Shown: positions 49,220-58,645 of the stretch, piece after piece
Numbering within the stretch: position 1 is the first letter of the stretch
Layout: every line of letters starts with the position of its first letter
Assembly: GCA_011049175.1 (NCBI GenBank)
Contig: DSCJ01000133.1
Coordinates: 8,016 to 72,015 of the forward strand
Origin: Bacteroidota bacterium
GTDB lineage: Bacteria > Bacteroidota > Bacteroidia > Bacteroidales > VadinHA17
Length of the DNA stretch: 64,000 nt
Direction of reading: 5' to 3'
Notes under the pieces: generated by a model
The model's database searches: none
Told to the model about the DNA's origin: nothing
The model's input: the letters and a program-made list of their open reading frames with translations, nothing else
Position numbers and translations under genes: made by a program

Positions 49220-51478
49220 ATGACAGTTGTGACAAAAACAGAAAAGGAGAAAATTTTCGCCGCTTTTGAGTCGGTGCTGGACCGGTGTGCCCGTTGCCAG
49301 AAGGAAGAAGACAGACAAAAGATCAGGAAGGCCTTTCAGATGGCCTTTGATGCCCACAAGAACAACCGGCGGAAATCGGGAGAACCTTACATATACCATC
49401 CCATTGCGGTGGCCGATATTGTGGTAAACGAAATGGGGCTGGGAATTACTTCATTCATTTCCGCCCTCCTGCACGATGTAGTGGAAGATACCGATTACAG
49501 CCTGGAGGATATCCGCTCCCGGTTTGGCGAGAAAATCGCATCCATTATCGACGGATTAACCAAGATATCGGGAGTATTTGATTCCCGGTCATCCCTGCAG
49601 GCTGAAAACTTCAGAAAGATGCTGCTCACCCTGTCGGAAGATGTCAGGGTTATTCTGATCAAGCTTGCCGACCGGCTGCACAACATGCGCACCCTCGATG
49701 CCCTGCCGCCCAACAAGCAGGTAAAAGTTGCCGGGGAAACCATTTATCTGTATGCCCCGCTGGCTCACCGTCTGGGATTGTATGCCATCAAAACCGAGCT
49801 GGAGGACCTGAGCCTGAAATACAGGCATCCGCTGGTATATCAGGAACTGTTAAACAAAATCAGGGACAACGAAAAGAAGCGGTTGCTGGAGATCAACCGG
49901 TTTTCCCTTCCCATCATAGAAAAACTTACCCAGGCAAAAATAGATTTCGAGATCAGCGGCCGGCCCAAATCCATTTACTCCATCTGGCACAAGATGCAGA
50001 CGAAGAACGTGCCTTTCGAAGAAGTATACGACCTGATGGCCATTCGCATTGTATTCGAACCCAGGCCGCGTATTCCCGAAAAAACACAGTGCTGGAACAT
50101 CTACTCCCTCATCACCGATATTTACAAGCCCAAGCCCGACCGCATACGCGACTGGGTATCAACCCCCAAGGCGAACGGTTACGAAGCCCTGCATGCCACG
50201 GTGATGGGGCCGAACGGAAAATGGGTGGAAGTACAGATCCGTTCACGAAGGATGGATGAAATAGCGGAACTGGGGTTCGCAGCCCACTGGAAATACAAGG
50301 ATCAGAAAAATGCATCGGAAGGGGAACTCGATAAATGGATCAGAAGAATCAGGGAAATGCTGGAAAACCCCGAGCACAATGCCCTGGAGTTCCTCGACGA
50401 ATTCAAGATGAACCTGTTCTCCTCGGAGATTATGGTATTCACTCCCAAAGGCCATCTGCGCACCCTGCCGAAAAATGCAACTGCCCTGGATTTTGCCTAC
50501 GATATCCATACCGACATCGGAAACTTGGCTATCGGGGCCAAGGTCAACCACAAGCTGGTTCCTCTGAATTATATCCTCTCGAGCGGCGACCAGGTGGAGA
50601 TCATCACTTCCGAAAAGCAGAAATCACAGGAGCAATGGCTTGACTATGTGGTAACGGCCAAGGCAAAGGCAGCTATTAAGAACGCCTTCAAGGAAGAACG
50701 AAGGAAACGCATTGAGAACGGGAAACAATTGCTGGAAAGCAAGCTGAAGGAACTCGGCATGCGCCCCACTTCCCGCATTCTGCAGAAACTCTTCTCAGAA
50801 TATAAGGTAACCGGCAAGGACGAGCTGTATGCCCACATAGGCGGGGAATCCATTCCCCTGGAGGAACTGAAGAAGGTTCTGAAAAAGAAAAGAAAAAGCA
50901 AACTGACCCGCTACTGGACCCTCCGTTTCGGAAGGGCATCCACTGAAAAAACCATCCCCCCTGAAACCGACGACCTGAAACAGCAGGAGGATGAAGAATT
51001 CGATTTCAAAGCCCCCTTCGTATTGCAGGAAAATCCCGATCCGGATAAGATCTCGCATAAAATCGCCCGCTGCTGCAATCCCATACCCGGAGACGACATA
51101 ATAGGATACAAGAGTCCCAACGATAATGTGATCATTATCCATAAAACCAACTGCCCTACCGCCACCAAACTTATAGCCAGCCAGGCCGACAGAATTGTTT
51201 CAGCCAGGTGGGAAACCCACAAGGTGCTCTCTTACCTGGCCCGGATTTCTGTCAAAGGCATTGACCGCATCGGCATGGTGAATGAAATTACCACCGTGAT
51301 ATCCAAGGAACTGGACGTGAACATGCGGTCGCTCAATTTTGATGTTCAGGATGAAATATTCGAAGGCACCATCGACGTATATGTACACAACACACAGGAC
51401 CTGAACAACCTGATCATGAACCTTATCAAGATCAAAGGCGTTGATACCGTACAGCGGGTAAACATCAGCGAGGACTGA
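49220..51478 (+). CDS. Bifunctional (p)ppGpp synthetase/hydrolase (RelA/SpoT)
   Basis: RKSGEPY..HP, LLHDVVED, KLADRLHNMRT, NGYEALH, EVQIR, TGS, CC, ACT; start ATG 49220 with TACCTTTG at 49177-49184. Confidence 0.96.
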   Translation: MTVVTKTEKEKIFAAFESVLDRCARCQKEEDRQKIRKAFQMAFDAHKNNRRKSGEPYIYHPIAVADIVVNEMGLGITSFISALLHDVVEDTDYSLEDIRSRFGEKIASIIDGLTKISGVFDSRSSLQAENFRKMLLTLSEDVRVILIKLADRLHNMRTLDALPPNKQVKVAGETIYLYAPLAHRLGLYAIKTELEDLSLKYRHPLVYQELLNKIRDNEKKRLLEINRFSLPIIEKLTQAKIDFEISGRPKSIYSIWHKMQTKNVPFEEVYDLMAIRIVFEPRPRIPEKTQCWNIYSLITDIYKPKPDRIRDWVSTPKANGYEALHATVMGPNGKWVEVQIRSRRMDEIAELGFAAHWKYKDQKNASEGELDKWIRRIREMLENPEHNALEFLDEFKMNLFSSEIMVFTPKGHLRTLPKNATALDFAYDIHTDIGNLAIGAKVNHKLVPLNYILSSGDQVEIITSEKQKSQEQWLDYVVTAKAKAAIKNAFKEERRKRIENGKQLLESKLKELGMRPTSRILQKLFSEYKVTGKDELYAHIGGESIPLEELKKVLKKKRKSKLTRYWTLRFGRASTEKTIPPETDDLKQQEDEEFDFKAPFVLQENPDPDKISHKIARCCNPIPGDDIIGYKSPNDNVIIIHKTNCPTATKLIASQADRIVSARWETHKVLSYLARISVKGIDRIGMVNEITTVISKELDVNMRSLNFDVQDEIFEGTIDVYVHNTQDLNNLIMNLIKIKGVDTVQRVNISED

Positions 51479-51560
51479 TTCACTCAAAATTATTCGGAAT
51501 TGTTTTTCAGGATTCCAAAAAATCTGTAATTTAGAACACTATTTTAATTTGGACTAAGTT

Positions 51561-52013
51561 ATGGGTTGTGTGGAAACAAAGGAAACGGTAAAACAGATAT
51601 TTACGGAATACCTGGAAAAGAAAGGCCACAGGAAAACTCCTGAACGGTACGCCATTCTGGATGAAATATATTCGAGGGACGGGCATTTCGATATTGAATC
51701 GCTGTATATTTTCATGAAGAATAAGAATTACCGCGTCAGCCGGGCAACCCTGTACAATACCATTGAATTGCTGCTTGATTGCAACCTTGTGATCAAACAC
51801 CAGTTCGGCAAGAACATTGCCCAGTTTGAAAAGGCATACCGGTGCATGCAGCATGATCACCTGATCGATCTCGATTCCGGGCAGGTACTGGAATTCTGTG
51901 ACCCCCGCATTCAGGAGATCATAAAAACGGCCTGTGAACTGCACAATTTCGATCCCTCACACCATTCTCTCTACATCTACGGCCGGCTGAAGGAGCCGAA
52001 GAAAAAGGACTGA
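51561..52013 (+). CDS. fur: Fur family transcriptional regulator
   Basis: [29 protein letters not shown]; relA-fur-purA order. Confidence 0.92.
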   Translation: MGCVETKETVKQIFTEYLEKKGHRKTPERYAILDEIYSRDGHFDIESLYIFMKNKNYRVSRATLYNTIELLLDCNLVIKHQFGKNIAQFEKAYRCMQHDHLIDLDSGQVLEFCDPRIQEIIKTACELHNFDPSHHSLYIYGRLKEPKKKD

Positions 52014-52130
52014 CCCCGTTCCGATGCAAATCACCTGCATACATTTCTTTCCGGCTGATTTTTTTCCTCCCGATTCTTGATTCTTTTTCATACCTTAGTG
52101 TGGTTTTTTTTCAGAAAATACTCATTCCGA

Positions 52131-53393
52131 ATGAAAGTTGACGTATTACTGGGCCTTCAATGGGGAGATGAGGGAAAGGGAAAGATCGTGGATTACCTCA
52201 CCCCCAAGTATGACATCATTGCCCGATTCCAGGGAGGGCCCAATGCCGGCCATACCCTCGAGATTAAAGAAATTCAGCATATCCTGCACACCATCCCGTC
52301 GGGAATATTTCATCCCGGCAAGATCAACCTGATCGGTAACGGGGTGGTGATCGATCCCATCGTACTGCACCGTGAGATCCGTTCGGTGGAAAAACTGGGA
52401 GTGGATATGAAATCCACCCTGCTGATCTCGAAAAAAGCCCACCTGATCCTTCCCACCCACCGTATTCTCGATGCCGCATCGGAAGCACAGAAGGGAGACA
52501 CCAAAATCGGGTCCACTCTGAAAGGCATTGGCCCTACCTACATGGACAAGACGGGAAGGAACGGCCTGAGGGTAGGCGATATCCTCCTTCCCGGATTCAG
52601 GGAAAAATACCATTTCCTGGTAAAAAAACACCGCGAGCTTTTAAAACTGTACGATTTCAGTTATAAATTGAAAGAATACGAAGAAGGCTGGTTTGAAGGC
52701 ATCGAAGCCATCCGGTCGTTTCATCCCATCGATACGGAACATTATATCAACCAGGCCCTGAAAGAAAATCGGTCGGTACTGGCTGAAGGAGCCCAGGGAA
52801 CCCTGCTGGATATTGATTTCGGCTCCTACCCCTATGTCACCTCCTCCAACACCATCTGCGCCGGCGCATGCATTGGTCTGGGCATTGCTCCCAACCGAAT
52901 CGGCGAAGTAATGGGCATTTTCAAAGCCTACTGTACCCGTGTTGGCAGCGGTCCGTTCCCCACCGAACTCGACAACTCCACGGGAGAGATGCTCCGGGAA
53001 GCAGGTCATGAATTCGGTTCTACCACAGGACGGCCCAGGAGATGCGGCTGGCTCGACCTCGTGGCACTGAAGTATTCCATCATGCTGAACGGGGTAACCC
53101 GCCTGATCATGACCAAAGCCGATGTGCTGAACCGTTTCGATACGATCAGGGTGTGCACCGCATACCGGCACAACGGGAAAGAAACCTTCTCACTGCCCTT
53201 CGACCTGGGTGACAATGTACAACCCGTATACCGGGACTTTAAAGGGTGGATGACCGACACTTCCGGCTATACTTCCTTCAGCGAGTTGCCACGGGAAATG
53301 AGTGAATATGTCCGTTTCATCGAGGAAGAAACCGGTGTGCCGGTAAAAATGATCTCCGTGGGGCCGGAGCGCGACCAGACCATTTACCGATGA
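52131..53393 (+). CDS. purA: Adenylosuccinate synthetase
   Basis: GLQWGDEGKGK, GGPNAGHT, EGAQG, TTGRPRRCGWLD. Confidence 0.98.
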   Translation: MKVDVLLGLQWGDEGKGKIVDYLTPKYDIIARFQGGPNAGHTLEIKEIQHILHTIPSGIFHPGKINLIGNGVVIDPIVLHREIRSVEKLGVDMKSTLLISKKAHLILPTHRILDAASEAQKGDTKIGSTLKGIGPTYMDKTGRNGLRVGDILLPGFREKYHFLVKKHRELLKLYDFSYKLKEYEEGWFEGIEAIRSFHPIDTEHYINQALKENRSVLAEGAQGTLLDIDFGSYPYVTSSNTICAGACIGLGIAPNRIGEVMGIFKAYCTRVGSGPFPTELDNSTGEMLREAGHEFGSTTGRPRRCGWLDLVALKYSIMLNGVTRLIMTKADVLNRFDTIRVCTAYRHNGKETFSLPFDLGDNVQPVYRDFKGWMTDTSGYTSFSELPREMSEYVRFIEEETGVPVKMISVGPERDQTIYR

Positions 53394-53536
53394 ATTTCCT
53401 GACCGGCCTGAACCGAAAAAAAACAAGTATTTTCTCCCTTTTGAGCTTAATGTAAGGCATCAATAGGGGGTGTTTCTTCATGCCATGTCCCTGTTTTTTT
53501 GTATATTGTGGAGGATCAGAAAACAATTTCCGGCCC

Positions 53537-54229
53537 ATGAAAAAGATTGACCTTACCCGTTATGCCCTTGAACGGTTCCGTGAAAAAGAAAAAGCGCAGG
53601 AACCCGGACCCGTGGTGACCATCTCACGCCAGTACGGTTGTCCATCCAAACCGGTTGCCGAAGCCCTTACCCGATCGATTAATAATTATGTGGATGCGAA
53701 AGGAAAAAGGAAGCCGTGGTCATGGATCAGCAAGGAATTGCTTGAAGAAACTGCCAAAGAGCTGCAAATGCACCCTTCCAAGATTGAACATGTTTTCAAT
53801 TACGAGGAACGAAACCTCTTCGACGAAATCCTTTCGGCACATAGCAGTAAATATTATGCCAGCGACCGGAAAATAAGAAAAACCATCGGACAGGTCATTC
53901 ATTCCATCGCACACGAAGGAAATGTGGTAATTGTGGGAAGAGCCGGAGCAGCCATCACCCGCGATATCCAGCAATCATTGCACATCAGGTTGATTGCACC
54001 CCTCAAATGGCGGGTAAACCGGATCATGGGCAGATTTCACCTGACCGAGGAAGAAGCCCTTAAACGGGTTGAAGACATAGACAGGAAAAGGAAACAGTTT
54101 ATGGAATATTTTTATGGCAAGGAATGCAATGACAGCCTTTTCGATATGGTCTTCAATTCCAGCACTCTGTCACAGGACATGATCGTGGAATCAATCCTCA
54201 CCATGATGATCATGAAACAGCTTGTCTGA
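53537..54229 (+). CDS. Cytidylate kinase-like family protein
   Basis: VVTISRQYG, GNVVIVGRAG, HIRL.AP..R, D..R..F. Confidence 0.85.
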   Translation: MKKIDLTRYALERFREKEKAQEPGPVVTISRQYGCPSKPVAEALTRSINNYVDAKGKRKPWSWISKELLEETAKELQMHPSKIEHVFNYEERNLFDEILSAHSSKYYASDRKIRKTIGQVIHSIAHEGNVVIVGRAGAAITRDIQQSLHIRLIAPLKWRVNRIMGRFHLTEEEALKRVEDIDRKRKQFMEYFYGKECNDSLFDMVFNSSTLSQDMIVESILTMMIMKQLV

Positions 54230-54231
54230 TC

Positions 54232-54705
54232 CTATTCATCCACATACACCCAGGCATCCCGCCCCTCATAACGAAATTCCATTACCTTTTTCCAGGCATC
54301 GCGGGAATTGTCGTACCGCAGGGCAGAAACCAGATGAAAATCATTGGGTGAATATAAACGCACCACTTCGTACCCTTCACTGTCAACCACCGTTTCATAA
54401 TGATCGGCATTCCCGGGCACCTTGAAGCTTCCCAGCACCACATGGTACTTATAGCGGGCACGCATCTCCTCTTCATACTCCCTTACCCGCTGCAGCGAAT
54501 CCAGACGGGCCTGTTCAGCAAAACGTTTTTCTTCAACAATTCTCAGTGAATCGGCAATGCGTATGCTGTCGCGGCGTGCCTGTTCCGCCTGTTCGGCGGC
54601 TGCCTTCTTTTTGCCGAACCATCCTTTTTTCTCGATGAATTTGCAGCTACCGAGAGAGAGAAGAACGGCCAGGGTCAGAAGCAAGGAAATCCTGTTCGCT
54701 TTCAT
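54232..54705 (-). CDS. SPOR-domain lipoprotein
   Basis: Lipobox LGSC, DS-rich coiled linker, YHVVLGSF....NA, DAWV; start ATG 54705 with TACTTTTG at 54735-54742. Confidence 0.8.
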   Translation of the reverse strand: MKANRISLLLTLAVLLSLGSCKFIEKKGWFGKKKAAAEQAEQARRDSIRIADSLRIVEEKRFAEQARLDSLQRVREYEEEMRARYKYHVVLGSFKVPGNADHYETVVDSEGYEVVRLYSPNDFHLVSALRYDNSRDAWKKVMEFRYEGRDAWVYVDE

Positions 54706-54876
54706 AATGCTGTTTACAAATTGGTTATCAGATACAAAAGTAGAATTAACTACCGAATTATCAAACAGAAATTTTTTATATCCGGAACAGGAATCCGGTG
54801 CATTTTCCATGAAGCCATAGAAAAACCTTCACATTTTTTCCTAAATTAGCCCGTCAGATACTAAAAAAACCGTATT

Positions 54877-56781
54877 ATGAGAACGATTCCGCATTTCTTT
54901 GAAGAAAACGTGGCCAGGTTTGCCGGTAACCCCTATATGTGGGAAAAAAAGACCGACAGGTTCGAAGCCGAAACCTACGGGCAAATCCACGAACGGGTGG
55001 TCCGTTTCGCCTGTGGCCTGCTCAGTATGGGAATCAATCACGGCGACCGCCTGGCCCTGCTCTCGGAGGGAAGGAATGACTGGATCGTTTGTGAGTTGGG
55101 CATTCTCTATACGGGAGCCATCAACGTTCCCCTGTCTACACTCCTGTCCGATGCCGAAATCAAATTCAGGATTGTCCACAGCGGCTCCCGCTTCCTGATT
55201 GTTTCCGGAACCCAGTATCCGAAACTGGAAACCATTCGAAAAGAACTGCCCGAACTCGAGAAGATCATCTGCCTGGATGAAAAAGAATACTATCTACCCG
55301 ATGAGATCCCCTTTTCTGAGGTCATGAACCGGGGAAAAGAATACCTGCAGAAAAACAGGGAAACATTTGAAAAAAGATGGAAAGCCGTGCAGGAAGACGA
55401 TTTTGCCAATATAAGCTATACCTCGGGAACCACGGCCGAACCCAATGGCATCATTCTTTCACATAAAAATTATTATGCCAATGTGCAACAAGCCTATTCC
55501 CTGATGAGTATCGAACCCGACTGGAAAATCTTTCTTTTCATACCGTGGGACCACTCCTTCGCTCATTCTGCCGGTTTATATTGCTTCATGGGAAAAGGCG
55601 CCAGCATCGGTTCCCTCCAGGTAGGAAAAACCTCGGTGGAAACCCTGAAAAACATCCCCCTGAATATCAAGGAATTCAAACCTGATATGATGTTCAGTGT
55701 CCCCGCCTTTTCCAAAAACCTGAAAAAAAACATTGAAAGCGCCATCCGGCAGAAAGGCCCCCTGGTACAGAAGCTCTTCAACCACGCCCTGAAGATCAGT
55801 TATTCCTATAATAAAGAAGGTTTCAACAAGGGTGGGGGGTTGCAATTCCTAAAAATTCCGCTGATGAAACTGTACGACCTGATCCTGTTTAAAAAGATCA
55901 GAGAACAGCTGGGCAGAAACATGAAATTCTTCATTGGCGGGGGAGCCCTGCTCGATATTGAATTGCAGCGTTTCTTCTATGCCATAGGCATTCCCATTTA
56001 CCAGGGATACGGCCTGTCGGAAGCCACTCCCATCATCTCCATCAACACGCCCCACCGCCACAAGCTGGGCTCATCAGGTATGCCTGTTAAAATGATGGAG
56101 ATCCGCATCCTGGACGAGGACGGAAAAGAACTGCCGGTGGGAAAGAAAGGAGAGATCGTAATCAAAGGCGACAACGTGATGATGGGATACTGGAAAAACG
56201 AGAAAGCTACCCACGAAACCATCCGGAACGGATGGCTGCATACCGGCGATATGGGATACCTCGACTCCGACGGATTCCTTTATGTTCTGGGCCGCTTTAA
56301 AAGCCTGCTCATTGCCGACGACGGAGAGAAATACAGTCCGGAAAGCATTGAAGAGGCTATGGTATTCCAGTCGAGATACATATTACAATGCATGCTATAT
56401 AACAACCAGAATCCCTATACCGTGATGTTCCTGGTTCCCGATAGGGAAGAATTAAAAAAATACCTCCAGGAAAGAGAACTGGATATAAAAACAGAAGAAG
56501 GGAAAGAAGCCGCGCTGAAACTCCTGCAACAGGAAGTAAATGCCTGCCGCAAAGGAGGGAAATACGAAACGATGTTCCCCCAACGCTGGTTGCCGGCTTC
56601 CATCGGGATACTCGATGAAGAATTTACCGTACACAATAAAATGCTGAACAGCATGCAGAAAATGGTGAGGCGGAAAGTAGTGGAGAAATACCAGGATTTG
56701 CTCGATTATCTGTATACTCCCGAATCGAAAAATATAATCAACGAAAGAAACAAGGAAGCCATAACCAAACTGTTGAGCTGA
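54877..56781 (+). CDS. Long-chain acyl-CoA synthetase (AMP-forming)
   Basis: YTSGTTAEPNG, GYGLSE, GWLHTGD.G, GRFK.L....GEK.SPE.IE. Confidence 0.9.
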   Translation: MRTIPHFFEENVARFAGNPYMWEKKTDRFEAETYGQIHERVVRFACGLLSMGINHGDRLALLSEGRNDWIVCELGILYTGAINVPLSTLLSDAEIKFRIVHSGSRFLIVSGTQYPKLETIRKELPELEKIICLDEKEYYLPDEIPFSEVMNRGKEYLQKNRETFEKRWKAVQEDDFANISYTSGTTAEPNGIILSHKNYYANVQQAYSLMSIEPDWKIFLFIPWDHSFAHSAGLYCFMGKGASIGSLQVGKTSVETLKNIPLNIKEFKPDMMFSVPAFSKNLKKNIESAIRQKGPLVQKLFNHALKISYSYNKEGFNKGGGLQFLKIPLMKLYDLILFKKIREQLGRNMKFFIGGGALLDIELQRFFYAIGIPIYQGYGLSEATPIISINTPHRHKLGSSGMPVKMMEIRILDEDGKELPVGKKGEIVIKGDNVMMGYWKNEKATHETIRNGWLHTGDMGYLDSDGFLYVLGRFKSLLIADDGEKYSPESIEEAMVFQSRYILQCMLYNNQNPYTVMFLVPDREELKKYLQERELDIKTEEGKEAALKLLQQEVNACRKGGKYETMFPQRWLPASIGILDEEFTVHNKMLNSMQKMVRRKVVEKYQDLLDYLYTPESKNIINERNKEAITKLLS

Positions 56782-56848
56782 TGCTAAACCCACCCAGCAA
56801 AGTAATTGAATGGTATGCCCGAAAGAAAGGCCTTTCTGTCAATGTAAG

Positions 56849-57475
56849 ATGAGCACTCAATCCACAGAACGGGAGCATATCGCACGAAAATCAAGGTCCA
56901 TTCGCCTTGTTAGAAAAATCCACCGGGTTTCGGCCATTGCCCTGTTCTTCTTTATGTTTGTAATCGCCGTGACAGGAATCATTCTGGGATGGAAAAAACA
57001 CAGCGGCGATCTGATTCAACCCCGTTCGTATACCGGCACCACCAGCGACCTGAGCCGATGCCTGCCTGTGGACAGCCTTGCCAAAAGGGCTTTTCACTTT
57101 CTGCGCGATTCCGTTTCCCCCCACCTGCCGGCAGAGCTCGACCGCATTGACCTACGTCCGGATAAGGGCATGGTCAAGTTCATTTTTTCCCGCCATTACC
57201 ATGAAGTACAGCTGGATATGGCCACAGGGGAATTGCTGAACCTGGGCTTCCGTACCTCCGACCTGGTAGAAAACATCCACGATGCTTCGCTGCTGGACCG
57301 CCTGCTGAATACACCAAACGGCCAGATCAAACTGGTTTACAATACCCTGATGGGCCTTGCCCTGATCACCTTCGTGTTAACCGGACTGTGGCTGTGGTAC
57401 GGCCCCAGGGGAATCAAAAAAACAGGCGGGAGAACCAAACGGCCCAGACGAGCGGCCCCCCGCACAGGCGGATAG
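56849..57475 (+). CDS. PepSY-associated TM helix protein
   Basis: RKIHR....TG..L, D..TGE.L, ENIHD, TGLWLW. Confidence 0.8.
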   Translation: MSTQSTEREHIARKSRSIRLVRKIHRVSAIALFFFMFVIAVTGIILGWKKHSGDLIQPRSYTGTTSDLSRCLPVDSLAKRAFHFLRDSVSPHLPAELDRIDLRPDKGMVKFIFSRHYHEVQLDMATGELLNLGFRTSDLVENIHDASLLDRLLNTPNGQIKLVYNTLMGLALITFVLTGLWLWYGPRGIKKTGGRTKRPRRAAPRTGG

Positions 57476-57536
57476 TTTTGATTTATTTCACTGTATCCTT
57501 CAGTAACATTACATACCATGAAATAAAGCAGGAAAC

Positions 57537-58577
57537 ATGATCTCACCTTTGTTTAATCAACTGCTTTTGCCCTTCCTGGCCGCCATGTTTCTGGCCATCA
57601 ATATGGGTGGCAGTGGAACCGGGCCCTCCTTTTCGGCAGCATACGGATCCGGGATCATCCGCAGGGGGCTGATTCCGGGAGTGTTTGGAATCATGGTTTT
57701 CCTGGGAGCCATTATTGCAGGTAAAGGCACGGCCACCACCATGGGAAAAGAACTGCTCGATCCGGAAAAGATGACTTTTGGTGTGGTAACCATTATTCTG
57801 CTTTCGGTGTCGGTTGCCCTGCTTGTGGCCAATCTGGCCGGAATTCCTCAATCGACCAGCCAGGCCACCGTACTCTCCGTTACAGCAGCAGCCTTGTACT
57901 TCAGTGAACTGAACTCCCGCAAGCTCCTGCTGGAAATCATTCCCACCTGGTTCATCCTGCCTGTCATTTCCTTCGGGATCTGTTACCTTATTGGGAATTA
58001 CATCTACAAGCCCATCCGGAAAAGGGGATATACGCTTTCGCGGAAGGTGAATCAGAACCCTATTCTCAAAATCTTCATCCTCCTCATGTCCATGTACGTG
58101 GCATTTTCCATCGGGGCGAACAATGTGGCCAATGCAGCAGGACCAATTGCTAGCATGACCCTCAACGAACTCGACATTCAGCCCGATCAGAATTTTGTGT
58201 TGATTATGATCCTGTGTACCCTGATTGTAGCCCCCAGCTTCGGAATCGGGAGTTCCCTTTTCGGGAAAAAGATCGTTGCACGAACAGGAAAGGAAATTGT
58301 GATGTTCGGCAGAATTGAAGCCGTGATCATCTCTTTTGTTTCAGGAACCCTTCTGCTTCTGGCTTCCGTTACCAAAGGCATCCCCACTTCTCTGGTACAA
58401 CTCAACGTGGGGGCCATCCTGGGGATCGGTGTGGCCAAGCTGGGTGCCAGGAATATTTTCAGAAAAACCGAAGTCAACCAGTTTTTTGCCATGTGGATCA
58501 TTGCCCCGGCCATTGCTTTTCTTCTTTCCCTGGGAATGATCTGGCTGTCGGACAAAATGGGATGGTTCGGGATGTGA
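57537..58577 (+). CDS. PiT-family anion permease, CysP (sulfate permease)-like
   Basis: AINMGGSG..S...AYGSG, GIPQSTSQ, FSIGANNVANA.GP; lacks the Asp of the GxND phosphate signature in both repeats. Confidence 0.8.
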   Translation: MISPLFNQLLLPFLAAMFLAINMGGSGTGPSFSAAYGSGIIRRGLIPGVFGIMVFLGAIIAGKGTATTMGKELLDPEKMTFGVVTIILLSVSVALLVANLAGIPQSTSQATVLSVTAAALYFSELNSRKLLLEIIPTWFILPVISFGICYLIGNYIYKPIRKRGYTLSRKVNQNPILKIFILLMSMYVAFSIGANNVANAAGPIASMTLNELDIQPDQNFVLIMILCTLIVAPSFGIGSSLFGKKIVARTGKEIVMFGRIEAVIISFVSGTLLLLASVTKGIPTSLVQLNVGAILGIGVAKLGARNIFRKTEVNQFFAMWIIAPAIAFLLSLGMIWLSDKMGWFGM

Positions 58578-58645
58578 TTAATAAAGCCCCTTTCTGAAGA
58601 TAATCCGACCGGCGCGATCCGGAGAATATAAACTTCAGGCGGATA

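Noticed and set aside
51840-51900. Fur lacking the CxxC zinc motif ([10 protein letters not shown])
   Set aside because: Cys-less variants are common among Fur proteins; not evidence of a pseudogene
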